This document shows positions 42,801 through 59,513 of a stretch of 64,000 nucleotides of DNA, in pieces (position 1 is the first letter of the stretch; the number at the start of each line of letters is the position of its first letter). This DNA comes from Eledone cirrhosa (lineage: Eukaryota): contig OZ024760.1 in assembly GCA_964016885.1 (NCBI GenBank), positions 30,442,001 to 30,506,000 of the forward strand, in the 5' to 3' direction. The notes below the pieces were generated by a model. The model did no database searches, was not told where the DNA came from, and saw only the letters and a program-made list of their open reading frames with translations. The position numbers were made by a program, and so were the translations under genes.

Positions 42801-43739
42801 AATGTAATGTAATGTAATGTGTAATGTTATGTAATGTAATGTAATGTAATGTGTAATGTAAGGTAATGTAATGTAATGCAATGTAATGTAATGTGTAATG
42901 TAATGTAATGTAATGTAATGTAATGTAATGTAATGTGTAATGTAAGGTAATGTAATGTAATGTAATGCAATATAATGTGTAATGTAATGTAATGAAATGT
43001 AATGTGTAAGTTAATGTAATGTAATGTAATGTGTAATGTAATGTGTAATGTAATGTAATGTAATGTAATGCAATATAATGTGTAATGTAATGAAATGTAA
43101 TGTGTAAGTTAATGTAATGTAATGTAATGTGTAATGTAATGTGTAATGTAATGTAATGTGATGTAATGTGTAATGTAATGTAATGTAATGTAATGTAATG
43201 TGTAATGTAATGTAATGTAATGTAATGTAATGTGTAATGTAAAGTAATGTAATGTAATGTGTAACGTAATGTAATGTAATGTAATATAATGTAATGTAAT
43301 GTAATGTAACGTGTAATGTGTAATGTAATGTAATGTAATGTAATGTAATGTAATGTGTAATGTAATGTAATGTAATGTAATGTAATGTAATGTAATGTAA
43401 TGTAATGTGTAATGTAATGTAATGTAATGTAATGTGTAATGAAATGTAATGTAATGTAATGTGTAATGTAATGTAATGTAATGTAATGTAATGTAATGTA
43501 ATGTGTAATGTAATGTAATGTAATGTAATGTAATGTATAATGTAATGTAATGTAATGTAATGTGTAATGTCATGTAATGTAATGTGTAATGTAATGTAAT
43601 GTAATGTATAATGTAAGGTAACGTAATGTAATGTAACGTAATGTAATGTGTAATATAATGTAATGTAATGTAATGTGTAATGTAATGTAATGTAATGTAA
43701 TGTAATGTGTATTGTAATGTAATGTAATGTAATGTAATG

Positions 43740-46700
43740 TAATGCAATGTGTAAGGTGTAATGTAATGTAATGTAATGTAATATAATGTAATGTGTAATG
43801 TAATGTGTAATGTAATGTAATGTAATGTAATGTGTAATGTAATGTAATTTAATGTAATGCAATGTAATGTAATGTAATGTGTAATGTAATGTAATGTAAT
43901 GTGTAATGTAATGTAATATAATATAATAGAACATAATATAATATAATATAATATAATATAACATAATATAATATGTAATGTAATGTAATGTGATGTAATG
44001 TAATGTAATGTGTAATGTCATGTAATGTAATGTAATGTAATGTAATATAATGTAATGTAATGTAATGTAATGTAATGTGTAATGTAAGGTAACGTAATGT
44101 AATGTAATGTAATGCAATGTAATGTGTGATGTAATGTAATGTAATGTAATGTAATGTAATGTAATGTGTAAGTTAATGTAATGTAATGTAATGTAATGTA
44201 ATGTGTAATGTAATGTAATGTAATGTAATGTAATGTAATGTAATGTGTAATGTAATGTAATGTAATGTAATGTAATGTGTAATGTAATGTGTAATGTTAT
44301 GTAATGTAATGTGTAATGTAATGTATTGTAATGTAATGTAATGTAATGTAATGTAATGTAATGTAATGTAATGTGTAATGTAATGTAATGTATAATGTAA
44401 TGTACTGTGTAATGTCATGTAATGTAATATGATGTGTAATGTAATGTACTGTAATGTAATGTAATGTAATGTAACGTTTAATGTAACGCAATGTAATGTA
44501 ATGTAATGTGTAATGTAATGTAATGTAATGTAATGTAATGTAATGTAATGTAATGTAATGTAATGTCTAATGTAATGTAATGTAATGTAATGTAATGTGT
44601 AATGTAATGTAATGTAATGTAATGTAATGCAATGTAATGTAATGTAATGTGTAATGTAATGTAATGTAATGTGTAATTTAATGTAATATAATATAATATA
44701 ATATAATATAATATAACATAATATAATATGTAATGTAATGTAATGTAATGTCATGTAATGTGTAATGTAATGTAATGTAATGTAATGTAATGTAATGTAA
44801 TGTAATGTATAATGTAATGTAATGTAATGTAATGTAATGTAATGTAATGTAATGTAATGTAATGTAATGTAATGTGTAATGTAATGTAATGTAATGTGTA
44901 ATGTAATGTAACGTGTAATGTAATGTAATGTTATGTAATGTAATGTTTAATGTAATGTAATGTAACGTGATGTAATGTGTAACGTAATGTAATGTAATGT
45001 AATGTAATGTAACGTAATGTAATGTGTAATGTAATGTAATGTATAATGTAATGTAATGTAATGTAATGTAAAGTGATGTAATGTAATGTGTAACGTAATG
45101 TAATGTAATGTAATATAATGTAATGTAATGTAATGTAACGTGTAATGTGTAATGTAATGTAATGTAATGTAATGTAATGTAATGTAATGTAATGTAATGT
45201 AATGTAATGTAATGTAATGTAATGTAATGTAATGTAATGTAATGTGTAATGTAATGTAATGTAATGTAATGTGTAATGTCATATAATGTAATGTGTAATG
45301 TAATGTAATGTAATGTAATGTAATGTAATGTAATGTAATGTGTAATGTAATGTAATGTAATGTAATGTGTAATGTCATGTAATGTAATGTAATGTAATGT
45401 AATGTAATGTAATGTAATGTAATGTGTAATGTAAGGTAACGTAATATAATGTAATTTAATGTAATGTATAATGTAATGTAATGTAATGTAATGTAATGTA
45501 ATGTAACGTAATGTAATGTGTAATATAATGTAATGTAATGTAATGTGTAATGTAATGTAATGTAATGTAATGTGTATTGTAATGTAATGTAATGTAATGT
45601 AATGTAATGTAATGCAATGTGTAAGGTGTAATGTAATGTAATGTAATATAATGTAATGTGTAATGTAATGTGTAATGTAATGTAATGTAATGTAATGTAA
45701 TGTGTAATGTAATGTAATGTAATGTAATGCAATGTAATGTAACGTAATGTGTAATGTAATGTAATGTAATGTGTAATGTAATGTAATATAATATAATATA
45801 ACATAATATAATATAATATAATATAATATAACATAATATAATATGTAATGTAATGTATTGTGATGTAATGTAATGTAATGTGTAATGTCATGTAATGTAA
45901 TGTAATGTAATGTAATATAATGTAATGTAATGTAATGTAATGAAATGTGTAATGTAAGGTAACGTAATGTAATGTAATGTAATGCAATGTAATGTGTGAT
46001 GTAATGTAATGTAATGTAATGTAATGTAATGTAATGTGTAAGTTAATGTAATGTAATGTAATGTAATATGTAATGTAATGTAATGTAATGTAATGTAATG
46101 CAATGTGTAAGGTGTAATGTAATGTAATGTAATGTAATATAATGTAATGTGTAATGTAATGTGTAATGTAATGTAATGTAATGTAATGTGTAATGTAATG
46201 TAATTTAATGTAATGCAATGTAATGTAATGTAATGTGTAATGTAATGTAATGTAATGTGTAATGTAATGTAATATAATATAATAGAACATAATATAATAT
46301 AATATAATATAATATAACATAATATAATATGTAATGTAATGTAATGTGATGTAATGTAATGTAATGTGTAATGTCATGTAATGTAATGTAATGTAATGTA
46401 ATATAATGTAATGTAATGTAATGTAATGTAATGTGTAATGTAAGGTAACGTAATGTAATGTAATGTAATGCAATGTAATGTGTGATGTAATGTAATGTAA
46501 TGTAATGTAATGTAATGTGTAAGTTAATGTAATGTAATGTAATGTAATGTGTAATGTAATGTAATGTAATGTAATGTAATGTAATGTAATGTGTAATGTA
46601 ATGTAATGTAATGTAATGTGTAATGTAATGTGTAATGTAATGTAATGTAATGTGTAATGTAATGTATTGTAATGTAATGTAATGTAATGTAATGTAATGT

Positions 46701-48480
46701 AATGTAATGTAATGTAATGTGTAATGTAATGTAATGTATAATGTAATGTACTGTGTAATGTCATGTAATGTAATATGATGTGTAATGTAATGTACTGTAA
46801 TGTAATGTAATGTAACGTTTAATGTAACGCAATGTAATGTAATGTAATGTGTAATGTAATGTAATGTAATGTAATGTAATGTAATGTAATGTAATGTAAT
46901 GTAATGTAATGTCTAATGTAATGTAATGTAATGTAATGTAATGTGTAATGTAATGTAATGTAATGTAATGTAATGCAATGTAATGTAATGTAATGTGTAA
47001 TGTAATGTAATGTAATGTGTAATTTAATGTAATATAATATAATATAATATAATATAATATAACATAATATAATATGTAATGTAATGTAATGTAATGTAAT
47101 GTAATGTGTAATGAAATGTAATGTAATGTAATGTAATGTAATGTAATGTGTAATGTCATGTAATGTAATGTAATGTAATGTAATGTAATGTAATGTAATG
47201 TAATGTGTAATGTAAGGTAACGTAATATAATGTAATTTAATGTAATGTATAATGTAATGTAATGTAATGTAATGTAATGTAATGTAATGTAATGTAATGT
47301 GTAATGTAATGTAATGTAATGTGTAATGTAATGTAACGTGTAATGTAATGTAATGTTATGTAATGTAATGTTTAATGTAATGTAATGTAACGTGATGTAA
47401 TGTGTAACGTAATGTAATGTAATGTAATGTAATGTAACGTAATGTAATGTGTAATGTAATGTAATGTATAATGTAATGTAATGTAATGTAATGTAAAGTG
47501 ATGTAATGTAATGTGTAACGTAATGTAATGTAATGTAATATAATGTAATGTAATGTAATGTAACGTGTAATGTGTAATGTAATGTAATGTAATGTAATGT
47601 AATGTAATGTAATGTAATGTAATGTAATGTAATGTAATGTAATGTAATGTAATGTAATGTAATGTGTAATGTAATGTAATGTAATGTAATGTGTAATGTC
47701 ATATAATGTAATGTGTAATGTAATGTAATGTCATGTAATGTAATGTAATGTAATGTAATGTGTAATGTAATGTAATGTAATGTAATGTGTAATGTCATGT
47801 AATGTAATGTAATGTAATGTAATGTAATGTAATGTAATGTAATGTGTAATGTAAGGTAACGTAATATAATGTAATTTAATGTAATGTATAATGTAATGTA
47901 ATGTAATGTAATGTAATGTAATGTAATGTAACGTAATGTAATGTGTAATATAATGTAATGTAATGTAATGTGTAATGTAATGTAATGTAATGTGTATTGT
48001 AATGTAATGTAATGTAATGTAATGTAATGTAATGCAATGTGTAAGGTGTAATGTAATGTAATGTAATATAATGTAATGTGTAATGTAATGTGTAATGTAA
48101 TGTAATGTAATGTAATGTAATGTGTAATGTAATGTAATGTAATGTAATGCAATGTAATGTAACGTAATGTGTAATGTAATGTAATGTAATGTGTAATGTA
48201 ATGTAATATAATATAATATAACATAATATAATATAATATAATATAATATAACATAATATAATATGTAATGTAATGTATTGTGATGTAATGTAATGTAATG
48301 TGTAATGTCATGTAATGTAATGTAATGTAATGTAATATAATGTAATGTAATGTAATGTAATGAAATGTGTAATGTAAGGTAACGTAATGTAATGTAATGT
48401 AATGCAATGTAATGTGTGATGTAATGTAATGTAATGTAATGTAATGTAATGTAATGTGTAAGTTAATGTAATGTAATGTA
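43740..48480. repeat. ~2.4-kb two-copy higher-order repeat
   Basis: AATAGAACAT at 43925/46281 (2356 apart), GTCATATAATG at 45278/47698 (2420) and GTATTGTGATG at ~45855/48275 (2420). Boundaries are approximate. Confidence 0.78.
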
Positions 48481-51400
48481 ATGTAATGTGTAATGTAATG
48501 TAATGTAATGTAATGTAATGTGTAATGTAATGTGTAATGTAATGTAATGTAATGTAATGTGTAATGTAATGTAATGTAATGTAATGTAATGTAATGTAAT
48601 GTAATGTAATGTAATGTAATGTAATGTAATGTGTAATGTAATGTAATGTAATGTAATGTAATGTAATGTGTAATGTAATGTAATGTAATGTAATGTAATG
48701 TAATGTAATGTAATGTAATGTGTAATGTAATGTAATGTAATGTGTAATGTAATGTAATGTAATGTAATGTGTAATGTTATGTAATGTAATGTAATGTAAT
48801 GTGTAATGTGTAATGTAATATAATGTAATGTAATGTAATGTAATGTAATGTAATGTGTAATGTAATGTGTAAAGTAATGTAATGTAATGTAATATAATGT
48901 AATGTAATGTAATGTAATGTGTAAAGTAATGTAATGTAATATAATGTAATGTAATGTAATGTAATGTAATGTAATGTAATGTAATGTAATGTAATGTAAT
49001 GTGTAATGTAATGTAATGTGTAATGTAATGTAATGTTTAATGTAACGCAATGTAATGTAATGTAATGTGTAATGTAATGTAATGTAATGTATGTAATGTA
49101 ATGTAATGTAATGTCTAATGTAATGTAATGTAATGTAATGTAATGTGTAATGTAATGTAATGTAATGTAATGTGTAATGTAATGTAATGTAATGTGTAAT
49201 GTAATGTAATATAATATAATATAATATAATATAATATAATATAACATAATATAATATGTAATGTAATGTAATGTAATGTAATGTAATGTAATGTGTAATG
49301 TCATGTAATGTAATGTAATGTAATGTAATGTAATGTGTAATGTAAGGTAACGTAATGTAATGTAATGTAATGTAATGGGTAATGTAATGTAATGTAATGT
49401 AACGTAATGTAATGTGTAATTCAATGTAATGTAATGTAATGTAATGTAATGTGTAATGTAATGTAATGTAATGTAATGTAATGTAATGTTAATGTGTAAT
49501 GTAATGTAATGTAATGTAATGTAATGTAATGTAATGTAATGTAATGTAATGTGTAATGTAATGTAATGTAATGTAACGTGTAATGTAAGGTAATGTAATG
49601 TAATGCAATGTAATGTAATGTGTAATGTAATGTAATGTAATGTAATCTAATGTAATGTAATGTATTGTAATGTAATGTGTAATGTAATGTAATGTAATGT
49701 AATGTAATGTAATGTAATGTAATGTAATGTGTAATGTAATGTAATGTAATATAATGTAATGTAATGTAATGTAATGTAATGTAATGTAATGTAATGTAAT
49801 GTAATGTGTAATGTAATGTGTAACGTAATGTAATGTAATGTAATATAATCTAATGTAATGTAATGTAATGTGTAAAGTAATGTAATGTAATATAATGTAA
49901 TGTGTAATGTAATGTAATGTAATGTAATGTAATGTAATGTAATGTCTAATGTAATGTAATGTAATGTAATGTAATGTGTAATGTAATGTAATGTAATGTA
50001 ATTTGTAATGTAATGTGTAATGTAATGTAATGTAATGTAATGTAATGTAATGTGTAATGTAATGTGTAATGTAATGTAATGTAACGTAATGTAATGTAAT
50101 GTATAATATAATGTAATGTAATGTAATGTAATGTAATGTAATGTGTAATGTAATGTAATGTGTAATGTAATGTATAATGTAATGTAATGTAATGTAATGT
50201 AATGTAATGTAATGTAATGTAATGTAATGTAACGTAATGTAATGTAATGTAATGTAATGTGTAATGTAATGTAATGTATTGTAATGTGTAATGTAATGTA
50301 ATGTAATATAATGTAATGTAATATAATGTAAGGTAATGTGTAATGTAATATAATGTAATGTAATGTAATGTAATGTAATGTAATGTGTAATGTAATGTAA
50401 TGTAATGTAATGTAATGTGTAATGTAATGTAATGTGTAATGTCATGTAATGTAATGTAATGTGTAATGTATGTAATGTAATGTAATGTGTAATGTAAGGT
50501 CACGTAATGTAATGTAATGTAAAGTGTAATGTAATGTAATGTAATGTAAAGTAATGTGTAATGTAATGTAATGTAATGTAATGTAATGTAATGTAATGTA
50601 ATGTAATGTGTAATGTAATGTAATGTAATGTAATGTAATGTAATGTAATGTAATGTATGGTAATGTAATGTAATGTAATGTAATGTGTAATGTAATGTAA
50701 TGTAATGTAATGTAATGTAATGTGTAATGTAATGTAATGTAATGTAATGTGTAATGTAATGTGTAATGTAATGTAATGTAATGTAATATAATATAATATA
50801 ATATAATATAATATAATATAATATAACATAATATAATATAATATAATATGTAATGTAATGTAATGTGTAATGTAATGTAATGTAATGTAATGTAATGTGT
50901 AATGTAATGTAATGTAATGTAATGTGTAATGTAATGTAATGTAATGTAATGTAACGTAATGTAATGTAATGTAACGTAATGTAATGTAATGTAATGTAAT
51001 GTGTAATGTAATGTAATTGAACGTAATGTAATGTAATGTAATGTGTAATGTAACGTAATGTAATGTGTAATGTAATGTAGTGTAATGTAATGTAATATAA
51101 TGTGTAATGTAATGTAATGTAACGTAATGTAATGTAATGTAATGTGTGATGTAATGTAATGTAATGTAATGTAATGTAATGTAATGTCTAATGTAATGTA
51201 TGTAATGTAATGTAATGTGTAATGTAATGTAATGTAATGTAATGTAATGTGTAATGTAATGTGTAATATAATTTAATGTAATGTAATGTAATGTAATGTA
51301 ATGTGTAATGTAATGTGTAACGTAATGTAATGTAACGTAATGTAATGTACTGTGTAATGTAATGTAATGTAATGTACAGTAATGTAATGTGTAATGTAAT

Positions 51401-52029
51401 GTAATGTGTAATGTAATGTAATGTATAATGTAATGTAATGTAATGTAATGTAATGTGTAACGTAATGTGTAACGTAATGTAATGTAATGTAATGTAATGT
51501 AATGTAATGTGTAATGTGTAACGTGTAATGTAATGTAATGTAATGTAATGTAATGTAATGTAATGTAATGTGTAATGTAATGTAATGTAATGTAATGTAA
51601 TGTAATGTAATGTAATGTGTAATGTGTAACGTGTAATGTAATGTAATGTAATGTAATGTAATGTAATGTAATGTAATGTAATGTAATGTAATGTGTAATG
51701 TAATGTAATGTAATGTGTAATGTAATGTAATGTAATGTAATGTAATGTGAAATGTAATGTAATGTAATGTAATGTAATGTAATGTGTAATGTAATGTAAT
51801 GTAATGTAATGTAATGTCATGTCATGTAATGTGTAATGTAAGGTAATGTAATGTAATGCAATGTAATGTAATGTGTAATGTAATGTAATGTAATGTAATG
51901 TAATGTAATCTAATGTAATGTAATGTATTGTAATGTAATGTGTAATGTAATGTAATGTAATGTAATGTAATGTAATGTAATGTAATGTAATGTAATGTAA
52001 TGTAATGTGTAATGTAATGTAATGTAATG

Positions 52030-55000
52030 TAATGTGTAATTTCATTTAATGTAATGTAATGTAAGGTAATGTAATGTAATGCAATGTAATGTAATGTGTA
52101 ATGTAATGTAATGTAATGTAATCTAATGTAATGTAATGTAATGTATTGTAATGTAATGTAATGTAATGTAATGTAATGTAATGTAATGTAATGTAATGTA
52201 ATGTAATCTAATGTAATGTAATGTATTGTAATGTAATGTGTAATGTAATGTAATGTAATGTAATGTAATGTAATGTAATGTAATGTGTAATGTGTAATGT
52301 AATGTAATGTAATATAATGTAACGTAATGTAATGTAATGTAATGTAATGTAATGTGTAATGTAATGTGTAACGTAATGTAATGTAATGTAATATAATCTA
52401 ATGTAATATAATGTAATGTGTAAAGTAATGTTATGTGATATAATGTAACGTGTAATGTAATGTAATATAATGTAATGTAATGTAATGTAATGTAATGTCT
52501 AATGTAATGTAATGTAATGTAATGTAATGTGTAATGTAATGTAATGTAATGTAATTTGTAATGTAATGTGTAATGTAATGTAATGTAACGTAATGTAATG
52601 TAATGTGTAATATAATGTAATGTAATGTAATGTAATGTAATGTGTAATGTAATGTAATGTGTAATGTAATGTATAATGTAATGTAATGTAATGTAATGTA
52701 ATGTAATGTAACGTAATGTAATGTAATGTAATGTAATGTGTAATGTAATGTAAAGTAATGTAATGTGTAATGTAATGTAATGTAATATAATGTAATGTAA
52801 TATAATGTAATGTAATGTGTAATGTAATGTAATGTAATGTAATGTAATGTAATGTGTAATGTAATATAATGTAATGTAATGTAATGTAATGTAATGTGTA
52901 ATGTAATGTAATGTAATGTAATGTAATGTAATGTGTAATGTAATGTAATGTGTAATGTCATGTAATGTAATGTAATGTGTAATGTATGTAATGTAATGTA
53001 ATGTGTAATGTAAGGTCACGTAATGTAATGTAATGTAAAGTGTAATGTAATGTAATGTAATGTAAAGTAATGTGTAATGTAATGTAATGTAATGTAATGT
53101 AATGTAATGTAATGTAATGTAATGTGTAATGTAATGTAATGTAATGTAATGTAATGTAATGTATGGTAATGTAATGTAATGTAATGTAATGTGTAATGTA
53201 ATGTAATGTAATGTAATGTAATGTAATGTGTAATGTAATGTAATGTAATGTAATGTAATGTAATGTGTAATGTAATGTAATGTAATGTAATGTAATGTCT
53301 AACGTAATGTATGTAATGTAATGTAATGTGTAATGTAATGTAATGTAATGTAATGTGTAATGTAATGTGTAATATAATTTAATGTAATGTAATGTGTAAT
53401 GTAATGTGTAACGTAATGTAATGTAATGTACTGTGTAATGTAATGTAATGTAATGTAATGTACAGTAATGTAATGTATAATGTAATGTAATGTATAATGT
53501 AATGTAATGTAATGTAATGTAATGTGTAACGTAATGTAATGTAATGTAATGTAATGTAATGTAATGTTATGTGTAATATGTAACGTGTAATGTAATGTAA
53601 TGTAATGTAATGTAATGTAATGTGTAATGTAATGTAATGTAATGTAATGTAATGTAATGTGTAATGTAATGCAATGTAATGTAATGTAATGTGTAATGTA
53701 ATGTAATGTAATGTGAAATGTTATGTAATGTAATGTAATGTAATGTGTAATGTAATGTAATGCAATGTGTAATGTAATGTAATGTAATGTAATGTAATGT
53801 AATGTAATGTGTAATGTAATGTAATGTAATGTAATGTGTAATGTAATGTAATGTAATGTAATGTAATGTGTAACGTAATGCAATGTAATGTAATGTAATA
53901 TAATGTAATGTAATGTGTAATGTAATGTAATGTAATGTAATGTAATGTAATGTAATGTAATGTAATGTAATGTGTAATGTCATGTCATGTAATGTAATGT
54001 AATGTGTAATGTAATGTAATGTAATGTAATATGTAATGTAAGGTAATGTAATGTAATGTAATGTAATGTAATGTAATGTAATGTAATGTAATGTGTAATG
54101 TAATGTAATATAATGTAATGTGTAATTTAATGTAATGTAATGAAATGTAATGTAATGTAATGTAATGTTTAATGTAATGTAATGTAATGTAATGTAATGT
54201 AATGTAATGTAATGTAATGTGTAATGTGTAATGTAATGTAATGTAATGTAATGTAATGTGTAATGTAACGTAATGTAATGTAATGTAATGTAATGTATGG
54301 TAATGTAATGTAATGTAATGTGTAATGTAATGTAATGTAATGTAATGTAATGTAATGTAATGTAATGTAATGTAATGTAATGTGTAATGTCATGTAATGT
54401 AATATGAAGAGTAATGTAATGTAATGTAATGTAATGTAATGTAACGTGTAATGTAACGTAATGTAATGTAATCTAACGTGTAATGTAATGTAATGTAATG
54501 TCTAATGTAATGTAATGTAATGTAATGTGTAATGTAATGTGTAATGTAATGTAATGTAATGTAATATAATCTAATGCAATGTAATGTAATGTGTAAAGTA
54601 ATGTAATATAATGTAACGTGTAATGTAATGTAATGTAATGTAATGTAATGTAATGTAATGTAATGTGTAATGTAATGTAATGTGTAATGTAATGTAATGT
54701 ACTGTGTAATGTCATGTAATGTAATATGAAGTGTAATGTAATGTAATGTAATGTAATGTAATGTAACGTGAATATGTAACGTAATGTAATGTAATCTAAT
54801 GTGTAATGTAATGTAATGTAATGTAATGTAATGTAATGTAATGTCTAGTGTAATGTAATGTAATGTAATGTAATGTGTAATGTAATGTAATGTAATGTAA
54901 TGTAATGTAATGTGTAATGTAATGTGTAATGTAATGTAATGTAATGTAATGTAATGTAATGTAATGTAATGTAATGTAATGTGTAATGTAATGTGTAATG

Positions 55001-57990
55001 TAATGTAATGTAATGTAATGTGTAATTTCATTTAATGTAATGTAATGTAAGGTAATGTAATGTAATGCAATGTAATGTAATGTGTAATGTAATGTAATGT
55101 AATGTAATCTAATGTAATGTAATGTAATGTATTGTAATGTAATGTAATGTAATGTAATGTAATGTAATGTAATGTAATGTAATGTAATGTAATCTAATGT
55201 AATGTAATGTATTGTAATGTAATGTGTAATGTAATGTAATGTAATGTAATGTAATGTAATGTAATGTAATGTGTAATGTGTAATGTAATGTAATGTAATA
55301 TAATGTAACGTAATGTAATGTAATGTAATGTAATGTAATGTGTAATGTAATGTGTAACGTAATGTAATGTAATGTAATATAATCTAATGTAATATAATGT
55401 AATGTGTAAAGTAATGTTATGTGATATAATGTAACGTGTAATGTAATGTAATATAATGTAATGTAATGTAATGTAATGTAATGTCTAATGTAATGTAATG
55501 TAATGTAATGTAATGTGTAATGTAATGTAATGTAATGTAATTTGTAATGTAATGTGTAATGTAATGTAATGTAACGTAATGTAATGTAATGTGTAATATA
55601 ATGTAATGTAATGTAATGTAATGTAATGTGTAATGTAATGTAATGTGTAATGTAATGTATAATGTAATGTAATGTAATGTAATGTAATGTAATGTAACGT
55701 AATGTAATGTAATGTAATGTAATGTGTAATGTAATGTAAAGTAATGTAATGTGTAATGTAATGTAATGTAATATAATGTAATGTAATATAATGTAATGTA
55801 ATGTGTAATGTAATGTAATGTAATGTAATGTAATGTAATGTGTAATGTAATATAATGTAATGTAATGTAATGTAATGTAATGTGTAATGTAATGTAATGT
55901 AATGTAATGTAATGTAATGTGTAATGTAATGTAATGTGTAATGTCATGTAATGTAATGTAATGTGTAATGTATGTAATGTAATGTAATGTGTAATGTAAG
56001 GTCACGTAATGTAATGTAATGTAAAGTGTAATGTAATGTAATGTAATGTAAAGTAATGTGTAATGTAATGTAATGTAATGTAATGTAATGTAATGTAATG
56101 TAATGTAATGTGTAATGTAATGTAATGTAATGTAATGTAATGTAATGTATGGTAATGTAATGTAATGTAATGTAATGTGTAATGTAATGTAATGTAATGT
56201 AATGTAATGTAATGTGTAATGTAATGTAATGTAATGTAATGTAATGTAATGTGTAATGTAATGTAATGTAATGTAATGTAATGTCTAACGTAATGTATGT
56301 AATGTAATGTAATGTGTAATGTAATGTAATGTAATGTAATGTGTAATGTAATGTGTAATATAATTTAATGTAATGTAATGTGTAATGTAATGTGTAACGT
56401 AATGTAATGTAATGTACTGTGTAATGTAATGTAATGTAATGTAATGTACAGTAATGTAATGTATAATGTAATGTAATGTATAATGTAATGTAATGTAATG
56501 TAATGTAATGTGTAACGTAATGTAATGTAATGTAATGTAATGTAATGTAATGTTATGTGTAATATGTAACGTGTAATGTAATGTAATGTAATGTAATGTA
56601 ATGTAATGTGTAATGTAATGTAATGTAATGTAATGTAATGTAATGTGTAATGTAATGCAATGTAATGTAATGTAATGTGTAATGTAATGTAATGTAATGT
56701 GAAATGTTATGTAATGTAATGTAATGTAATGTGTAATGTAATGTAATGCAATGTGTAATGTAATGTAATGTAATGTAATGTAATGTAATGTAATGTGTAA
56801 TGTAATGTAATGTAATGTAATGTGTAATGTAATGTAATGTAATGTAATGTAATGTGTAACGTAATGCAATGTAATGTAATGTAATATAATGTAATGTAAT
56901 GTGTAATGTAATGTAATGTAATGTAATGTAATGTAATGTAATGTAATGTAATGTAATGTGTAATGTCATGTCATGTAATGTAATGTAATGTGTAATGTAA
57001 TGTAATGTAATGTAATATGTAATGTAAGGTAATGTAATGTAATGTAATGTAATGTAATGTAATGTAATGTAATGTAATGTGTAATGTAATGTAATATAAT
57101 GTAATGTGTAATTTAATGTAATGTAATGAAATGTAATGTAATGTAATGTAATGTTTAATGTAATGTAATGTAATGTAATGTAATGTAATGTAATGTAATG
57201 TAATGTGTAATGTGTAATGTAATGTAATGTAATGTAATGTAATGTGTAATGTAACGTAATGTAATGTAATGTAATGTAATGTATGGTAATGTAATGTAAT
57301 GTAATGTGTAATGTAATGTAATGTAATGTAATGTAATGTAATGTAATGTAATGTAATGTAATGTAATGTGTAATGTCATGTAATGTAATATGAAGAGTAA
57401 TGTAATGTAATGTAATGTAATGTAATGTAACGTGTAATGTAACGTAATGTAATGTAATCTAACGTGTAATGTAATGTAATGTAATGTCTAATGTAATGTA
57501 ATGTAATGTAATGTGTAATGTAATGTGTAATGTAATGTAATGTAATGTAATATAATCTAATGCAATGTAATGTAATGTGTAAAGTAATGTAATATAATGT
57601 AACGTGTAATGTAATGTAATGTAATGTAATGTAATGTAATGTAATGTAATGTGTAATGTAATGTAATGTGTAATGTAATGTAATGTACTGTGTAATGTCA
57701 TGTAATGTAATATGAAGTGTAATGTAATGTAATGTAATGTAATGTAATGTAACGTGAATATGTAACGTAATGTAATGTAATCTAATGTGTAATGTAATGT
57801 AATGTAATGTAATGTAATGTAATGTAATGTCTAGTGTAATGTAATGTAATGTAATGTAATGTGTAATGTAATGTAATGTAATGTAATGTAATGTAATGTG
57901 TAATGTAATGTGTAATGTAATGTAATGTAATGTAATGTAATGTAATGTAATGTAATGTAATGTAATGTGTAATGTAATGTGTAATGTAAT
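52030..57990. repeat. 2986-bp near-perfect tandem duplication
   Basis: AATTTCATTT at 52038/55024 and GAAGAG at ~54406/57392. Identical ORF translations are offset by exactly 2986 (52123/55109, 53299/56285, 54169/57155). Confidence 0.92.
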
Positions 57991-59328
57991 GTAATGTAAC
58001 GTAATGTAATGTAATGTAACGTAATGTAATGTAATGTGTAATATAATGTAATGTAATGTAATGTAATGTAATGTGTAATGTAATGTAATGTGTAATGTAA
58101 TGTAATGTATAATGTAATGTAATGTAATGTAACGTAACGTAATGTAATGTAATGTAATGTAATGTAATGTAATGTAATGTAATGTGTAATGTAATATTAT
58201 GTGATGTAATGTGTAATGTAATGTAATGTAATGTAATGTAATGTAATGTAATGTAATATAATGTAATGTAATATAATGTAATGTAATGTGTAATGTAATG
58301 TAATGTAATGTAATGTAATGTAATGTAATATAATGTGTAATGTAATGTAATGTAATGTAATGTGTCATGTAATGTAATGTAATGTGTAATGTAATGTAAT
58401 GTAATGTAATGTAATGTAATGTAATGTGTAATGTAAGGTAACGTAATGTAATGTAATGTAATGTGTAATGTAATGTAATGTAAAGTAATGTGTAATGTAA
58501 TGTAATGTAATGTAATGTAATGTGTAATGTAATGTAATGTAACGTAATGTAATGTAATGTAATATGTAATGTAATGTAATGTAATGTAATGTAATGTGTA
58601 ATGTAATGTAATGTAACGTAATGTAATGTAATGTAATATGTAATGTAATGTAATGTGTCATGTAATGTAATGTAATGTGTAATGTAATGTAATGTAATGT
58701 AATGTAATGTGTAATGTAAGGTAACGTAATGTAATGTAATGTAATGTGTAATGTAATGTAATGTAAAGTAATGTGTAATGTAATGTGATGTAATGTAATG
58801 TAATGTGTAATGTAATGTAATGTAATGTAACGTAATGTAATGTAATGTAATATGTAATGTAATGTAATGTAATGTAATGTAATGTAATGTGTAATGTAAT
58901 GTAATGTAATGTAATGTAATGTAATGTCTAATGTAATGTATGTAATGTAATGTAATGTGTAATGTAATGTAATGTAATGTGTAATGTAATGTGTAATATA
59001 ATGTAATGTAATGTAATGTAATGTAATGTAATGTGTAATGTAATGTGTAACGTAATGTAATGTAACGTAATGTAATGTAATGTGTAATGTAATGTAATGT
59101 AATGTAATGTAATGTACAGTAGTGTAATGTGTAATGTAATGTAATGTGTAATGTAATGTAATGTATAATGTAATGTAATGTAATGTAATGTAATGTAATG
59201 TGTAACGTAATGTAATGTAATGTAATGTAATGTAATGTAATGTGATGTGTAATGTGTAACGTGTAATGTAATGTAATGTAATGTAATGTAATGTGTAATG
59301 TAATGTAATGTAACGTAATGTAATATAA

Positions 59329-59513
59329 TTGTTTCTACTTTAGGCACAAGGCCAGCAAATACCCAGTGCATTACTGGTACTTTATTTTATCGACCCCGTA
59401 AGGATGAAAGGCAAAGTCAACCTCGGCGGGACTTGAACTCAGATCGTAAAGGGACGTAGCTATGCTGGAAAGCATGGCGTCCGACCCTCTACCGATACTG
59501 CCAATCCACCGCC
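59329..59513 (-). mobile_element. tRNA-derived SINE, copy 11 (independent insertion)
   Basis: 185 bp with alleles CTACTTT, GGCCAGCAAAT, GAAAGGC and CGGCGGGACTTGAAC. The right junction is CCGCC|TAATG. Confidence 0.86.
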